Below are positions 21,601 to 31,839 of a stretch of DNA of 64,000 nucleotides, one piece after another; within the stretch, counting starts at the first letter, position 1; each line of letters opens with the position of its first letter. Source of the stretch: Hydrurus foetidus (Eukaryota); assembly GCA_900617105.1 (NCBI GenBank), contig UYFQ01000001.1:868001-932000 (forward strand). The letters run 5' to 3'. A program made the translations under genes and the position numbers. The notes under the pieces are model-generated. The model was given only the letters and a program-made list of their open reading frames with translations, searched no databases and was not told the DNA's origin.

Positions 21601-22293
21601 ATGAAATCTACACAAAAAAGCCCCAAGGTCAACATCAAAGCCAGCAGCAAAGTCAACAGAGCGTGGATTAACGACCACGTTAATGACCCTTATGTGAAGC
21701 TCGCCTCGCTGGAGGGCTACCGCGCCCGCGCCGCCTACAAGCTCAAAGAAATCGACGAAACACTGGGCCTCATCAAACCCGGCCATGTGGTTGTCGATTT
21801 GGGCAGTACCCCCGGTGCCTGGAGCCAGTACGTGCGGCGCAAGTTTTCGCCCCAAGGGGCCGCTGTGGGCGATTTGAACGGCACCATCATTGCGCTGGAC
21901 ATCTTGCCTATGAAGCCGATTGAGGGCGTGCAGTTTTTGTTGGGTGACTTCCGCGAAGCCAGCGTGCTAGCAGAATTAGAGCAAGCTATGCAAGGCAGAC
22001 TTGCTGATGTTGTTGTTTCTGATATGGCCCCCAATCTCTCGGGTATTGCCTCCGCAGACGCGGCACGCATTGTCCATTTGGTCGAGTTAGCGGTTGAGTT
22101 CAGCCAAAACCACTTGAAACCCGAGGGGGCGTTGGTTGCAAAATTGTTCCACGGTGGGGCGTATGACGAGCTGGTCAAGCTGTTCAAAGCCACCTTTAAA
22201 GTCGTCAAACCTTTCAAACCCAAAGCTTCGCGGGACAAATCCTCAGAGACGTTTTTAGTCGGTGTTGGCCTGAAGCACCCCACAGGGGCTTGA
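21601..22293 (+). CDS. rlmE: 23S rRNA Um2552 methyltransferase
   Basis: [35 protein letters not shown]. Confidence 0.97.
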   Translation: MKSTQKSPKVNIKASSKVNRAWINDHVNDPYVKLASLEGYRARAAYKLKEIDETLGLIKPGHVVVDLGSTPGAWSQYVRRKFSPQGAAVGDLNGTIIALDILPMKPIEGVQFLLGDFREASVLAELEQAMQGRLADVVVSDMAPNLSGIASADAARIVHLVELAVEFSQNHLKPEGALVAKLFHGGAYDELVKLFKATFKVVKPFKPKASRDKSSETFLVGVGLKHPTGA

Positions 22294-22347
22294 AACGCCT
22301 AAAATGAGCCTTACGTACCTCATGTTTCTCTCTATCCGGAGCCTTGC

Positions 22348-24282
22348 TTGAACAATCAGTGGTTTTCTAAAATGGCCGTATGGCTGGTAATCGCCCTTGT
22401 GCTTTTTACCGTTTTCAAACAATTTGACAACCGGGGTGGCGTTGCAAGTGCAGGCTATCTGGGTTACTCGGATTTTCTGGAAGAGGTGCGCGGTAAGCGC
22501 ATCAAAACCGCCACCATCTCTGAAGGCCAAGGCGGTTCTGAGATCTTGGCGACCACGGTGGACGACCGCAAGGTGCGTACCAACGCCACCTACCTCGACC
22601 GTGGCTTGGTGGGCGACCTGATCGCCAACAACGTCAAGTTCGACGTGAAAGCCCGCGAAGAAGGCTCGCTGTTGATGACCTTGTTGGTCAGCTGGGGCCC
22701 CATGCTGCTGTTGATCGGCGTTTGGGTGTACTTCATGCGTCAAATGCAAGGCGGTGGCAAGGGCGGGGCGTTCAGCTTTGGCAAAAGCAAAGCCCGCTTG
22801 CTCGATGAGAGCAGCAACACCGTCACCTTCGCTGATGTGGCCGGTTGCGACGAAGCCAAAGAAGAAGTCAAAGAAGTCGTCGATTTCTTGAAAGACCCCA
22901 CCAAGTTCCAAAAACTCGGTGGCCGCATCCCCCGTGGTTTGCTGCTGGTTGGCCCCCCCGGCACCGGTAAAACCTTGCTCGCCAAGAGCATTGCGGGTGA
23001 AGCCAAAGTGCCTTTCTTTTCGATCTCAGGCTCTGATTTCGTTGAGATGTTTGTCGGTGTCGGTGCATCCCGCGTGCGTGACATGTTTGACAACGCTAAA
23101 AAGAACGCGCCTTGCATCATCTTTATCGACGAAATCGACGCTGTAGGCCGCCAACGTGGTGCCGGCGTGGGCGGTGGTAACGACGAGCGTGAGCAAACCC
23201 TGAACCAAATGCTGGTGGAGATGGACGGCTTTGAGACCAACGTCGGCGTGATCGTCGTCGCAGCCACCAACCGCCCCGATATTCTGGATGCCGCTTTGCT
23301 GCGCCCTGGCCGCTTTGACCGTCAGGTTTACGTCACGCTGCCTGATATCCGTGGCCGTGAGCAAATTTTGAACGTCCACATGCGCAAAGTGCCTGTCAGC
23401 CAAGACGTGAACCCCATGGTGATCGCCCGTGGCACCCCTGGCATGAGCGGGGCTGATTTGGCCAACCTGTGCAACGAAGCCGCCTTGATGGCAGCCCGCC
23501 GTAATGCCCGTGTCGTGGAAATGCAAGATTTTGAGAAAGCCAAAGACAAAATCTTCATGGGCCCCGAGCGCAAGAGCATGGTGATGCCCGAGGAAGAGCG
23601 CCGCAACACGGCTTACCACGAGTCTGGCCATGCGTTGCTGGGCAAAATTTTGCCTAAATGCGACCCCGTACACAAAGTCACTATCATCCCCCGTGGCCGC
23701 GCCCTTGGCGTCACAATGAGCCTGCCAGCGCAAGACCGCTACAGCTACGACCGCGACTACATGTTGTGCCAAATCAGCATGTTGTTCGGTGGTCGCATCG
23801 CAGAAGAAGTGTTCATGAACCAAATGACCACCGGTGCCAGCAACGATTTTGAACGCGCCACCAGCATCGCCCGCGACATGGTGACGCGCTACGGCATGAC
23901 CGAGGCGCTCGGGCCCATGGTTTATGCTGAAAACGAAGGTGAAGTCTTCTTGGGCCGTTCCGTCACCAAGACCACGACCATGAGCGAGCAAACCATGCAA
24001 AAGGTGGACGGCGAAGTGCGCCGCATCATTGATATGCAGTATTCGCTGGCCCGCAAGCTGATCGAAGACAACCAAGACAAAATGCACGCCATGGCCAAAG
24101 CCTTGCTGGAATGGGAAACCATCGACAGCGACCAGCTTGACGACATCATGGCCAACAAGGAGCCGCGTGCGCCCAAAGACTGGACACCTCGCGTACCACC
24201 CGCTGCGAGTGGTGGTACAGGGACAGGCAGTGGTGATGCCCCCGTCGCTGTCAAGCCAGACCCGGCACCGACAGCCGCGTAA
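22348..24282 (+). CDS. ftsH: ATP-dependent zinc metalloprotease FtsH
   Basis: Two TMs, [22 protein letters not shown] zinc motif. Confidence 0.99.
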   Translation: MNNQWFSKMAVWLVIALVLFTVFKQFDNRGGVASAGYLGYSDFLEEVRGKRIKTATISEGQGGSEILATTVDDRKVRTNATYLDRGLVGDLIANNVKFDVKAREEGSLLMTLLVSWGPMLLLIGVWVYFMRQMQGGGKGGAFSFGKSKARLLDESSNTVTFADVAGCDEAKEEVKEVVDFLKDPTKFQKLGGRIPRGLLLVGPPGTGKTLLAKSIAGEAKVPFFSISGSDFVEMFVGVGASRVRDMFDNAKKNAPCIIFIDEIDAVGRQRGAGVGGGNDEREQTLNQMLVEMDGFETNVGVIVVAATNRPDILDAALLRPGRFDRQVYVTLPDIRGREQILNVHMRKVPVSQDVNPMVIARGTPGMSGADLANLCNEAALMAARRNARVVEMQDFEKAKDKIFMGPERKSMVMPEEERRNTAYHESGHALLGKILPKCDPVHKVTIIPRGRALGVTMSLPAQDRYSYDRDYMLCQISMLFGGRIAEEVFMNQMTTGASNDFERATSIARDMVTRYGMTEALGPMVYAENEGEVFLGRSVTKTTTMSEQTMQKVDGEVRRIIDMQYSLARKLIEDNQDKMHAMAKALLEWETIDSDQLDDIMANKEPRAPKDWTPRVPPAASGGTGTGSGDAPVAVKPDPAPTAA

Positions 24283-24391
24283 ATTCACTGAAACCGCCGG
24301 GCCTAGGGGTCAGGGGTATTGAGGCAGGGGGCAATTCCCTGACTTTGATGCCACTGACCCTTTTCCGTTTTTGTTCCATAAGTTTTGTACG

Positions 24392-25267
24392 ATGCTCTGG
24401 CAAACCACCCGCTTTTCCATTGACCTGTCGCAACCCCAAATCATGGGCATCGTCAACGTCACCCCTGATTCTTTCTCAGATGGTGGTCAGCACGCTGACC
24501 ACCGCACCGCCTTGGCGCACTGCGAGCAACTGCTGCGCGATGGTGCCCATATCTTGGACATAGGCGGTGAATCCAGTCGCCCTGGTGCGCCGCCCTTGCC
24601 GTTAGAGGACGAATTGGCCCGCGTGCTACCCGTCTTGCGCGATGCTTTGACGCTGGGTGTACCCGTCTCGCTAGACACCTACAAACCCGCCGTGATGCAA
24701 GCTGCACTGGATTTGGGCGCTGACATCATCAACGACATTTGGGCGCTGCGGCAAGCGGGTGGGAACGTCGTAATGGGCGCATTCAACGCCGTTGATGTGA
24801 TTGCCCAGCATCCACGCTGCGGTGTTTGCCTGATGCACATGCACGGCGAGCCACAAACCATGCAACTCACACCGATGGCCGGGGCGGGTGTAGCAGAGGA
24901 GGGCGTGGTCGCTGAAGTGCTCTCATTTTTAGAGCTAAGAACATCCATCCTGCAAGTGAAAGGCGTAGATAAAGCACGCATTGCCTGGGACATGGGCATT
25001 GGCTTTGGCAAAACTATCGCACAGAACTTCAGCCTGCTCCAGCACCAAGCAGCACTCACCCACAGCGGATACCCGATACTCGCCGGTTGGTCGCGCAAGT
25101 CGTCGCTGGGCGCTGTCACCGGCTTGTCCGTTGATCAGCGCTTGGTGCCCAGCGTGGTCGCCGCACTGCTCGCCGTGCAGCAAGGTGCCCGCATCGTGCG
25201 TGTTCACGATGTGCGCGAAACGGCAGCCGCATTGCAGGTCTGGCAAGCGATGCTGGCCCAAGCTTAA
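24392..25267 (+). CDS. folP: Dihydropteroate synthase
   Basis: MGIVNVTPDSFSDGG, DIGGESSRPG, SRKS, RVHDV. Confidence 0.97.
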   Translation: MLWQTTRFSIDLSQPQIMGIVNVTPDSFSDGGQHADHRTALAHCEQLLRDGAHILDIGGESSRPGAPPLPLEDELARVLPVLRDALTLGVPVSLDTYKPAVMQAALDLGADIINDIWALRQAGGNVVMGAFNAVDVIAQHPRCGVCLMHMHGEPQTMQLTPMAGAGVAEEGVVAEVLSFLELRTSILQVKGVDKARIAWDMGIGFGKTIAQNFSLLQHQAALTHSGYPILAGWSRKSSLGAVTGLSVDQRLVPSVVAALLAVQQGARIVRVHDVRETAAALQVWQAMLAQA

Positions 25268-25331
25268 AACGTATCTAAAACTGATTTAGAACCCTTTTCA
25301 AAACCTTTTTCGCCCTTCTTTGGAGAGATAC

Positions 25332-26669
25332 ATGACCCGTAAATACTTTGGCACCGACGGCATCCGTGGCACCGTAGGGCAAGCGCCCATCACCCCCGAT
25401 TTCGTACTGAAGCTGGCCCACTGCGTAGGTCGGGTTCTCAGGCAAACAGAAGAACGCCCGACCGTCGTCATCGGCAAAGACACCCGTATTTCCGGCTACA
25501 TGTTGGAAAGCGCATTGGAGTCTGGCTTCAACTCCGCCGGTGTCGATGTGGTGTTGCTCGGCCCGCTGCCTACACCCGGTGTCGCCTACCTCACCCGTGC
25601 CCTGCGGGCCAGTTTGGGCGTGGTGATCTCTGCCAGCCACAATCCTTACCCCGACAACGGCATCAAATTCTTCAACAAACAAGGTGCCAAGCTCGACGAT
25701 GCCTGGGAAACCGCCGTCGAAGCTCTGCTGGAAGAGCCACCCCAATGGGTCGATTCCCACTCAGTAGGCCGTGCCCGCCGCCTCGACGACGCTGCTGGCC
25801 GTTACATCGAATTCTGCAAAAGCACCTTCGCCAATGATTTGACACTCAAAAACCTGCGCATCGTGGTCGATGGTGCTAACGGCGCGGCGTACCACATCGC
25901 CCCCATGGTGTTCCACGAGTTGGGGGCCGAGGTCATCTCCATTGGCTGTAGCCCCGATGGCTTCAACATCAATGACGATGTCGGTGCCACCCACCCCAAA
26001 GCTTTGATACAGGCCGTCAAAGCCAACCGCGCCGATTTCGGCGTAGCACTTGATGGCGATGCCGATCGCCTGCAACTGGTGGACTCTAAAGCCCGTCTCT
26101 TCAACGGCGATGAGGTGCTTTACTTGATGGCCGTTGAGCGCTTGGCACGGGGCGAAAAAGTCCCCGGTGTCGTTGGTACGTTGATGACGAACATGGCTGT
26201 GGAACTCGCCCTCAAAGCCAAGGGTGTGCAGTTCGTGCGCGCCAAAGTAGGTGACCGCTATGTGCTCGAAGAACTGGAGAAAAATGGCTGGCTCCTGGGT
26301 GGTGAAGGCTCAGGCCATTTGCTGGCGCTCGACAAACACACCACTGGCGACGGGCTGATCTCCGCGCTGCAAGTGCTCCAAGCCTGTGTGCGCAGCGGCA
26401 AAACCCTGGCTGAGCTGATGCACGGTTTGGTGCTGTTCCCGCAAGTGCTGCTGAACGTGCGCCTGCAACCCGGCTACCAAGATTGGAAAAGCAACACCCA
26501 CTTGGCCGAAGTCACCCAAGCCGTGGAAGCTGAGTTAGGCGACACTGGCCGCGTGCTGATCCGAGCCAGCGGCACCGAGCCTTTGTTGCGCGTAATGGTG
26601 GAAGCGCGCGACGCACATATGGCTCAATCCTGCGCTGACAGATTGGTACAAGCCGTGAAGGTTAATTGA
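25332..26669 (+). CDS. glmM: Phosphoglucosamine mutase
   Basis: [34 protein letters not shown]. Confidence 0.98.
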   Translation: MTRKYFGTDGIRGTVGQAPITPDFVLKLAHCVGRVLRQTEERPTVVIGKDTRISGYMLESALESGFNSAGVDVVLLGPLPTPGVAYLTRALRASLGVVISASHNPYPDNGIKFFNKQGAKLDDAWETAVEALLEEPPQWVDSHSVGRARRLDDAAGRYIEFCKSTFANDLTLKNLRIVVDGANGAAYHIAPMVFHELGAEVISIGCSPDGFNINDDVGATHPKALIQAVKANRADFGVALDGDADRLQLVDSKARLFNGDEVLYLMAVERLARGEKVPGVVGTLMTNMAVELALKAKGVQFVRAKVGDRYVLEELEKNGWLLGGEGSGHLLALDKHTTGDGLISALQVLQACVRSGKTLAELMHGLVLFPQVLLNVRLQPGYQDWKSNTHLAEVTQAVEAELGDTGRVLIRASGTEPLLRVMVEARDAHMAQSCADRLVQAVKVN

Positions 26670-26833
26670 CCGCCCTGACCATCGCCAAAAGACAAGTAAC
26701 CTTCGTGTTTTTCACTGTGGCATTGCTCCCGTTTGGGCAATATGTCACACGATTTATTGGCATGAAAACCACCTGAAAATCAGGCTTTTTCGATAAACTG
26801 TGCGAATGTGTCGCACTGCCCATCGAGCCCAAC

Positions 26834-27640
26834 ATGCATGACCGCACTGAGGTCTCTGACACTCACGCTGATACGCTGACTGCCGGTGCAGTGAGCGCCA
26901 AGTTCACCGCGCCTCGGGTGGATCCCTTCTTTGCTTCAGCCCATGCGCACATGGGGCACCCGATGAGGCGGCGTAAAACCGATCACACTGACGCTACAGC
27001 CCGCCCAGCACCCGCCAATCCCCCAGCACTGCACATGTACTTGATGCGCATGCTCGATGAAATCGACTACGGCCTCATCTTGCTGGATGTCAAAGGTGCC
27101 ATCTGGCACGCCAACCATTTAGCCCGGTCTGAGCTGGGGCGAGGTCAAGTGCTGCATGTGGAGGAGGGCCGCTTGAACACCCGCGTAGCCGCCAAAAAAG
27201 CAGCCATGCAGCAAGCCATCTACCGCGCCAGCCAAGGTGTGCGCAGCATGATTGACCTGCGCCACCCCCCAGACGACCTTTCCGCCATTGACCACCCCGG
27301 AACCAGCGTCGCCTTCGTCCCTATGGGCCACCCCGCCGAAGCCTACCCCAATGCCCTGCCAGTGCTTGCCATCACATGCAGGCAAGTCATGTGCGAGCAA
27401 ATCAGCCTGCATTTTTTCGCCCAAAGCTATGGCTTGACCAGCACCGAAGAAGCGGTTCTGGCAGCGCTTTCACAAGGGCTGGATGTTGATGATATCGCCA
27501 AACAGCGTGCGCTTGCCCTGTCAACGGTGCGCACCCATGTGAAGCAACTGCGTGTCAAAACGCAGTGCCGCAGCATGCGTGAACTGCTGAACAAAGTGTC
27601 TGTGCTGCCGCCGGTGGTGTCGTCGATCAAGGCATTTTGA
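26834..27640 (+). CDS. LuxR-family HTH regulator with PAS-like region
   Basis: C-terminal GLTSTEEAVL...IAKQR..STVRTHVK HTH; central LDEIDYGLILLD...HAN segment. Confidence 0.85.
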   Translation: MHDRTEVSDTHADTLTAGAVSAKFTAPRVDPFFASAHAHMGHPMRRRKTDHTDATARPAPANPPALHMYLMRMLDEIDYGLILLDVKGAIWHANHLARSELGRGQVLHVEEGRLNTRVAAKKAAMQQAIYRASQGVRSMIDLRHPPDDLSAIDHPGTSVAFVPMGHPAEAYPNALPVLAITCRQVMCEQISLHFFAQSYGLTSTEEAVLAALSQGLDVDDIAKQRALALSTVRTHVKQLRVKTQCRSMRELLNKVSVLPPVVSSIKAF

Positions 27641-27675
27641 GCGTGGCTGCTGCACTTCGATCCTGAATCCGTCCC

Positions 27676-28044
27676 TTATCGCCCGATGAGCAATTTGAGC
27701 GCATCTTCAATGCGTTTGAGATGATTCACACTTAACATTGCCAAAGGTTGAGTGCCCATGAATCGTTTGTTGGAGATGGCGCGAATTTGATCTATGAGCA
27801 GATCCGTTTCTTGCACCAAGCCCAGTTGGTTGACCAAAGCCACACGAAGCGGAAAGTAGTCTTTGTCACGCTTAACTTTGGTGGTGCCCATCACCACGAT
27901 GGTGGTCGGATGCCCGTTTGTATTTAAAAGATCGGTCTGGATGACCAGTGCAGGGCGATTGCGTTTACCTGGTTCTTCTTTATGGGTTTGCGGCTCTAGG
28001 TTGACCTCCCAGATTTGCCCACGCAACACCTTAATCAAGGCCAT
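27676..28044 (-). CDS. MazF/PemK family endoribonuclease toxin
   Basis: RGQIWEVNLEP..EPGKRNRPALVIQ, DQIRAIS..RF. Confidence 0.92.
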   Translation of the reverse strand: MALIKVLRGQIWEVNLEPQTHKEEPGKRNRPALVIQTDLLNTNGHPTTIVVMGTTKVKRDKDYFPLRVALVNQLGLVQETDLLIDQIRAISNKRFMGTQPLAMLSVNHLKRIEDALKLLIGR

Positions 28045-28261
28045 CTGCCAGAGATCCTTCCAGGGACTCGTTGAAAGCGAGGTGTTCAGCAGACAGCTCT
28101 TTGGAGAGCATGGCAATGCGCTGCGCCATCACCTGTGCATTTTTTTCAGAAACTGCTTGGCGCATGTAATCTGAACTCTTGAGACCGACGATGCTGGCGA
28201 GTGACCTTACTTGTTCGGCGAAGTCGCTGCCGGCCCGAAATGAAAGTGTGGTGGCATGCAT
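28031..28261 (-). CDS. Ribbon-helix-helix antitoxin of the MazF-type toxin
   Basis: 76 aa, TLSFR...SSDYMRQAV RHH-like pattern, acidic C-terminus, overlaps toxin start. Confidence 0.78.
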   Translation of the reverse strand: MHATTLSFRAGSDFAEQVRSLASIVGLKSSDYMRQAVSEKNAQVMAQRIAMLSKELSAEHLAFNESLEGSLADGLD

Positions 28262-28348
28262 GGTTATTTCCTTGTGATCGAAATTTGTTAGTTAAATTGT
28301 AATGCGTTTATTGCAATACATTTTTTTGACAAAACAAGGGAGCTTGGC

Positions 28349-28536
28349 GTGGTGGGCGATTTTTGCCCTGCCTGTGCAGAAGTCGTGCTCACCATGCCAG
28401 AGGCGAGGCACTATGGGCGCTTAACGCCTTTTCACGCTACGAAAATGGCAGAATCAAGCCACCTTTGGCTCTGGTGAAGTTGCTGAAAGTATTGGACAAG
28501 CCCCCTGATTTGTTGAGTGAGGTGAGAGCGGCGTGA
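28349..28536 (+). pseudogene. Remnant of MqsA-family antitoxin
   Basis: Hand translation: VVGDFCPACAEVVL in one frame, then NAFSRYENGRIKPPLALVKLLKVLDKPPDLLSEVRAA* in another; N-terminus and middle missing. Confidence 0.8.
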
Positions 28537-28641
28537 GACAGCTCAATGCGCACGCATCCCCTCAGTGGCCAAGTCAATGACTTCGCCCTTGCGCTGTAAA
28601 ACAAACATACCGCGCTTTTGCGCTAATTTGACAACGTCCAG

Positions 28642-28906
28642 CGCATATCGTTATACACAACTCAAAAATTTGCCTGAAACCATTTTTTGAAGTTCCGCTA
28701 AGTTGTTGATTTTTATAGATCGAGATGACTCAGAGCAGGGAAACTGAGTTAACGTAAGTCATTGATTTTGCTGAAGAAAAAAGTTGTGCATAACGATATG
28801 CGTCAAAACCCCTTGACTGGGCATGCAGCGCGTTATTGACTTCGCTGCTGGTATCCGATTCTCGCGGGAACTTCAGGCTCTGGAGATTTGTGTATAACGA
28901 GATGCA
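28642..28906. repeat. Three ~21-bp repeats (one inverted, two direct) with two IHF consensus boxes
   Basis: CGCATATCGTTATACACAACT (28642-28662), AGTTGTGCATAACGATATGCG (28782-28802), ATTTGTGTATAACGAGATGCA (28886-28906); WATCAANNNNTTR on minus strand at 28699-28711 and 28755-28767. Confidence 0.85.
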
Positions 28907-28918
28907 TTAAACCAGCGA

Positions 28919-29950
28919 TTACAGAATACCTTGTTTGCACAAAATGGTATCAATCGTTACTGCGCTGACGGCGACGTTTTTGACGGCATATTCTCCTCCA
29001 AAATGCATTCCAATTACATGACCTGTGACCATATCGAGTAAAGGAGAGCCAGAGTTACCGACTAAAGTTGAACAATCATGAATCAGGTTTTCTTTGGAAG
29101 TTCCCGGTGCGTAAACCAACCCAGGGCAGGCACGCTTGACTCCATAGATGTGCTCAAAAATCGCATCTACAACCATAAGCGTATTTCCTTTTTCATTGGT
29201 CAGTGCGGGATATCCGAGCGTCACAATTGGCTTATTGACTTCAATCGGATCAAGCAACAATTTCAAGGGCCTAATACCTGTATTTTCTGCTGAAAGCTCC
29301 AGCACAGCGATGTCTGGATCGTTCTCGCTTGCCATGTAGGTAATCTTTGCAATTTCAATACATTGAGATTTCCGAATAGGATCTTCGTACTCGAGATCAA
29401 TCGCTACTTTGTACGATGAACGAAAAAAACCGCTTCCTTTTACCCCCTCAATAGCATGTGCAACATGCCTATTAGTCACGATATGACGCTGGGTGACAAA
29501 CCATCCTGTACCCAAGTGATCTAGGTTTGGGCCATCAAAATTCAACACGATAATGCGCCCAATCGCAGGTATTGCAGCGTTAACTGTCGATTTTTTTTCG
29601 AGCAATAAATTAGCCCAGCTATCTTCGCTTTTCAACGTTGATAAATCAATTTTTTCATCCCGTACAAACAGTGCTGGCCTGTTCACAGCGCATTGAATTG
29701 CTTCAGTACTAGGGGCTGGTTTTTTGAAGATGCCACCCGTTTGTAAAACTATTCTCCCAGGGCCAAAGATAACCTTAATATCTTTGCCCGATAAATCGCC
29801 AACCACATGGTAAGGATTGAAGCCACGAAGTGCCAAGAACCGACTTCGAAACTCATCGTTATTCAATAGTTGTAACTCATACACAGGACATTCTCCAAAA
29901 ACTACAAGGTCAAATTCGGTTACTGCTGCTGGGAATGCGTTTCTTTGCAA
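28919..29950 (-). CDS. Trypsin-like (S1) serine protease
   Basis: Triad VTNRHVA (His), PDIAVL (Asp), HDCSTLVGNSGSP (Ser); GTGW, LGYP, IGMHFGG; start uncertain. Confidence 0.9.
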   Translation of the reverse strand: MQRNAFPAAVTEFDLVVFGECPVYELQLLNNDEFRSRFLALRGFNPYHVVGDLSGKDIKVIFGPGRIVLQTGGIFKKPAPSTEAIQCAVNRPALFVRDEKIDLSTLKSEDSWANLLLEKKSTVNAAIPAIGRIIVLNFDGPNLDHLGTGWFVTQRHIVTNRHVAHAIEGVKGSGFFRSSYKVAIDLEYEDPIRKSQCIEIAKITYMASENDPDIAVLELSAENTGIRPLKLLLDPIEVNKPIVTLGYPALTNEKGNTLMVVDAIFEHIYGVKRACPGLVYAPGTSKENLIHDCSTLVGNSGSPLLDMVTGHVIGMHFGGEYAVKNVAVSAVTIDTILCKQGIL

Positions 29951-31838
29951 ACCCTCTTCGTACTATTGGTGGCACTTTGAGTGCTGGAGTCGAACCTTTA
30001 TCCAATCGTGCAAACAATGGTGTGGCAAAACTGGTGCCGACTCCGCGTTGCACGCCGCTGCCGTAGTGGGTTATGCTCATCGTGCCATGATTGGATGGCA
30101 GCTCTTCTGTGGGCGCTAAAAAGTCTGGGCCACTGGGCTTGACACCGTTTCGACCTGTTCCATCGCAAGAATACTTGGCTCTGTCGAAATTTCCCCAGTC
30201 CTCGTAGCCACCGATCAACTTGCTGGCGGCAAAACAACCTGCGCCCCAAATGGCGGTGGCTTGGCCCACTTGAACGCTTCTATTGCTGATGGCTTGGGGT
30301 GAGGCGATCAAGCGAGGCGACCACATCCGTTGAACAAATCCAATATTCTGCCCTCCCCAGTGCGTATAGAGATTGATTTCTTTGGGAGCTTCGTTAACGC
30401 TTTTGCTAATTGAAAAACGAAGCTTCCATACACCCGATTGACCTCGTGGAACAAGGCTGTCATGGGTGCAAGGCATCACGTGGATCAAAATTTGCCATTG
30501 CTTTTGCATACCGTCAGGGCAAGGGTGCTCTTTGACTACGGCTGTTGCTCCGTAGGGACTTCCAATCGACAGGTTGGGCATGACATTGCCGTCTTTTAAA
30601 ACAAGTTGCGTGACTTCCCCCCCTGCTGGGGCAAATACCTCAATGGTCAAATCAACGATGGAGTGAGTCCAGAGGTCAAGTGTAGATTCTGCGGCTTGTC
30701 CGCGTGGCACATACCAGCCAGTTTCGACAGAAGTCGTATTAACGGCATCCAGTTTCACAATAGCGCTGCTGCGGTTCTCATAGTTATTGCCTATAGGGAA
30801 TACGAGGTCTAGCGTTATGCCGAAGAGCGCTTGCGCTGCCTTAACCCGAAGCTGCATCGCCCGCCCAAACCAGGATGAACCATCGTGAGGCCCCATTTCT
30901 GTGCCGTAATCAATCACGACAGAGACGTGAGCGTCCCGTGCCGCACTTGCAATGATGTAATCTACCGCATCCAATACACTTCTCTCAATGAAACGGGGCA
31001 CTGGGGCTATATGAAATCCACGTGGAAGTTGCACAAAGATCAAGTCTGTTTTTGGCTCTTGCTCTTTTGACCTATCGTTTTGCCAATACTCTGAGGGCCG
31101 TGTGTGGGTTGCCGCGCTTCGGTCAGGCCGCAAGCCACGCGCCAGCAGGCCCAGCACCAATGAGCCATGCGATATTCGGTGACGCATGGCAGCATTGCTA
31201 CTAAGGCGATACAAACCCTCTATCCCAATACCCGGTGGCTTTGCACTGGCTGGCGTATCAAGCCAGCCCTGAATATCTGATCGCGCGACTTGACGCCCAT
31301 AGCCCAAACCTTCAGGCCGTGATCCCCCCATAAAATCAGGCGCAGAGTCTTGATCCCATATCGCTTGTATGACCGTTTTTCTACCATCCGTTGTTTGTCG
31401 CTGAAGCAAAGGGTGCCCAAACGGACAACCGTGATCGATGACGGCAAGTAGCCGCTTGCTGGTGCTTTTAAGTATGGGAGCTTCAGTAGCGGGAGGGCTT
31501 TGGTGACGGGGAGAAAGCGGGCGTGCAACGACGGGTGCATTACACAATTGAATAGAAAGACACCAAAATTGATTAGATAGCCATTCCAAGCCATGCCATG
31601 TAACTTCGCCGGTAAAAAAAGCCTTATTTTCTGCGCCTAAAGTCCACAGACCTAATGAGGAATACGTGAGGTTTTTGGCAAGTTTTTGCAGTTCAAGCAC
31701 CTGCTTAGCTGCCTCAATATCCTCAGCCTGAACTTCAATTCCAACAGGCATCATGCTAAAAGCTTCAGACGGATTATTCTGCGTCTGGCACTGAGAAACC
31801 AGAATCAACAGCATGGGGTCAAACTTGCTGGTTTTCAT
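29910..31838 (-). CDS. Divergent subtilisin-like (S8) serine protease
   Basis: AVIDHG (Asp), HGSLVLGL (His), IGN (oxyanion Asn), PDFLAP, GTSFATP (Ser); long insertion between Asn and Ser motifs. Confidence 0.85.
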   Translation of the reverse strand: MKTSKFDPMLLILVSQCQTQNNPSEAFSMMPVGIEVQAEDIEAAKQVLELQKLAKNLTYSSLGLWTLGAENKAFFTGEVTWHGLEWLSNQFWCLSIQLCNAPVVARPLSPRHQSPPATEAPILKSTSKRLLAVIDHGCPFGHPLLQRQTTDGRKTVIQAIWDQDSAPDFMGGSRPEGLGYGRQVARSDIQGWLDTPASAKPPGIGIEGLYRLSSNAAMRHRISHGSLVLGLLARGLRPDRSAATHTRPSEYWQNDRSKEQEPKTDLIFVQLPRGFHIAPVPRFIERSVLDAVDYIIASAARDAHVSVVIDYGTEMGPHDGSSWFGRAMQLRVKAAQALFGITLDLVFPIGNNYENRSSAIVKLDAVNTTSVETGWYVPRGQAAESTLDLWTHSIVDLTIEVFAPAGGEVTQLVLKDGNVMPNLSIGSPYGATAVVKEHPCPDGMQKQWQILIHVMPCTHDSLVPRGQSGVWKLRFSISKSVNEAPKEINLYTHWGGQNIGFVQRMWSPRLIASPQAISNRSVQVGQATAIWGAGCFAASKLIGGYEDWGNFDRAKYSCDGTGRNGVKPSGPDFLAPTEELPSNHGTMSITHYGSGVQRGVGTSFATPLFARLDKGSTPALKVPPIVRRGFAKKRIPSSSNRI

Positions 31839-31839
31839 G

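Noticed and set aside
22289..22320. Sigma-32 promoters before ftsH and lon (CTTGAAA at 22289 and 3330)
   Set aside because: -35 matches but the -10 CCCCAT match is poor; not supportable from sequence alone
26670..26833. Tn7 attachment site
   Set aside because: attTn7 is downstream of glmS, not glmM; no Tn7 ends or tns genes seen
28642..28906. Repeats as CRISPR array, integron attC or dif site
   Set aside because: Only three copies with mixed orientation and long uneven spacing; GTT/AAC order is opposite to attC; no XerD arm TTATGTTAAAT
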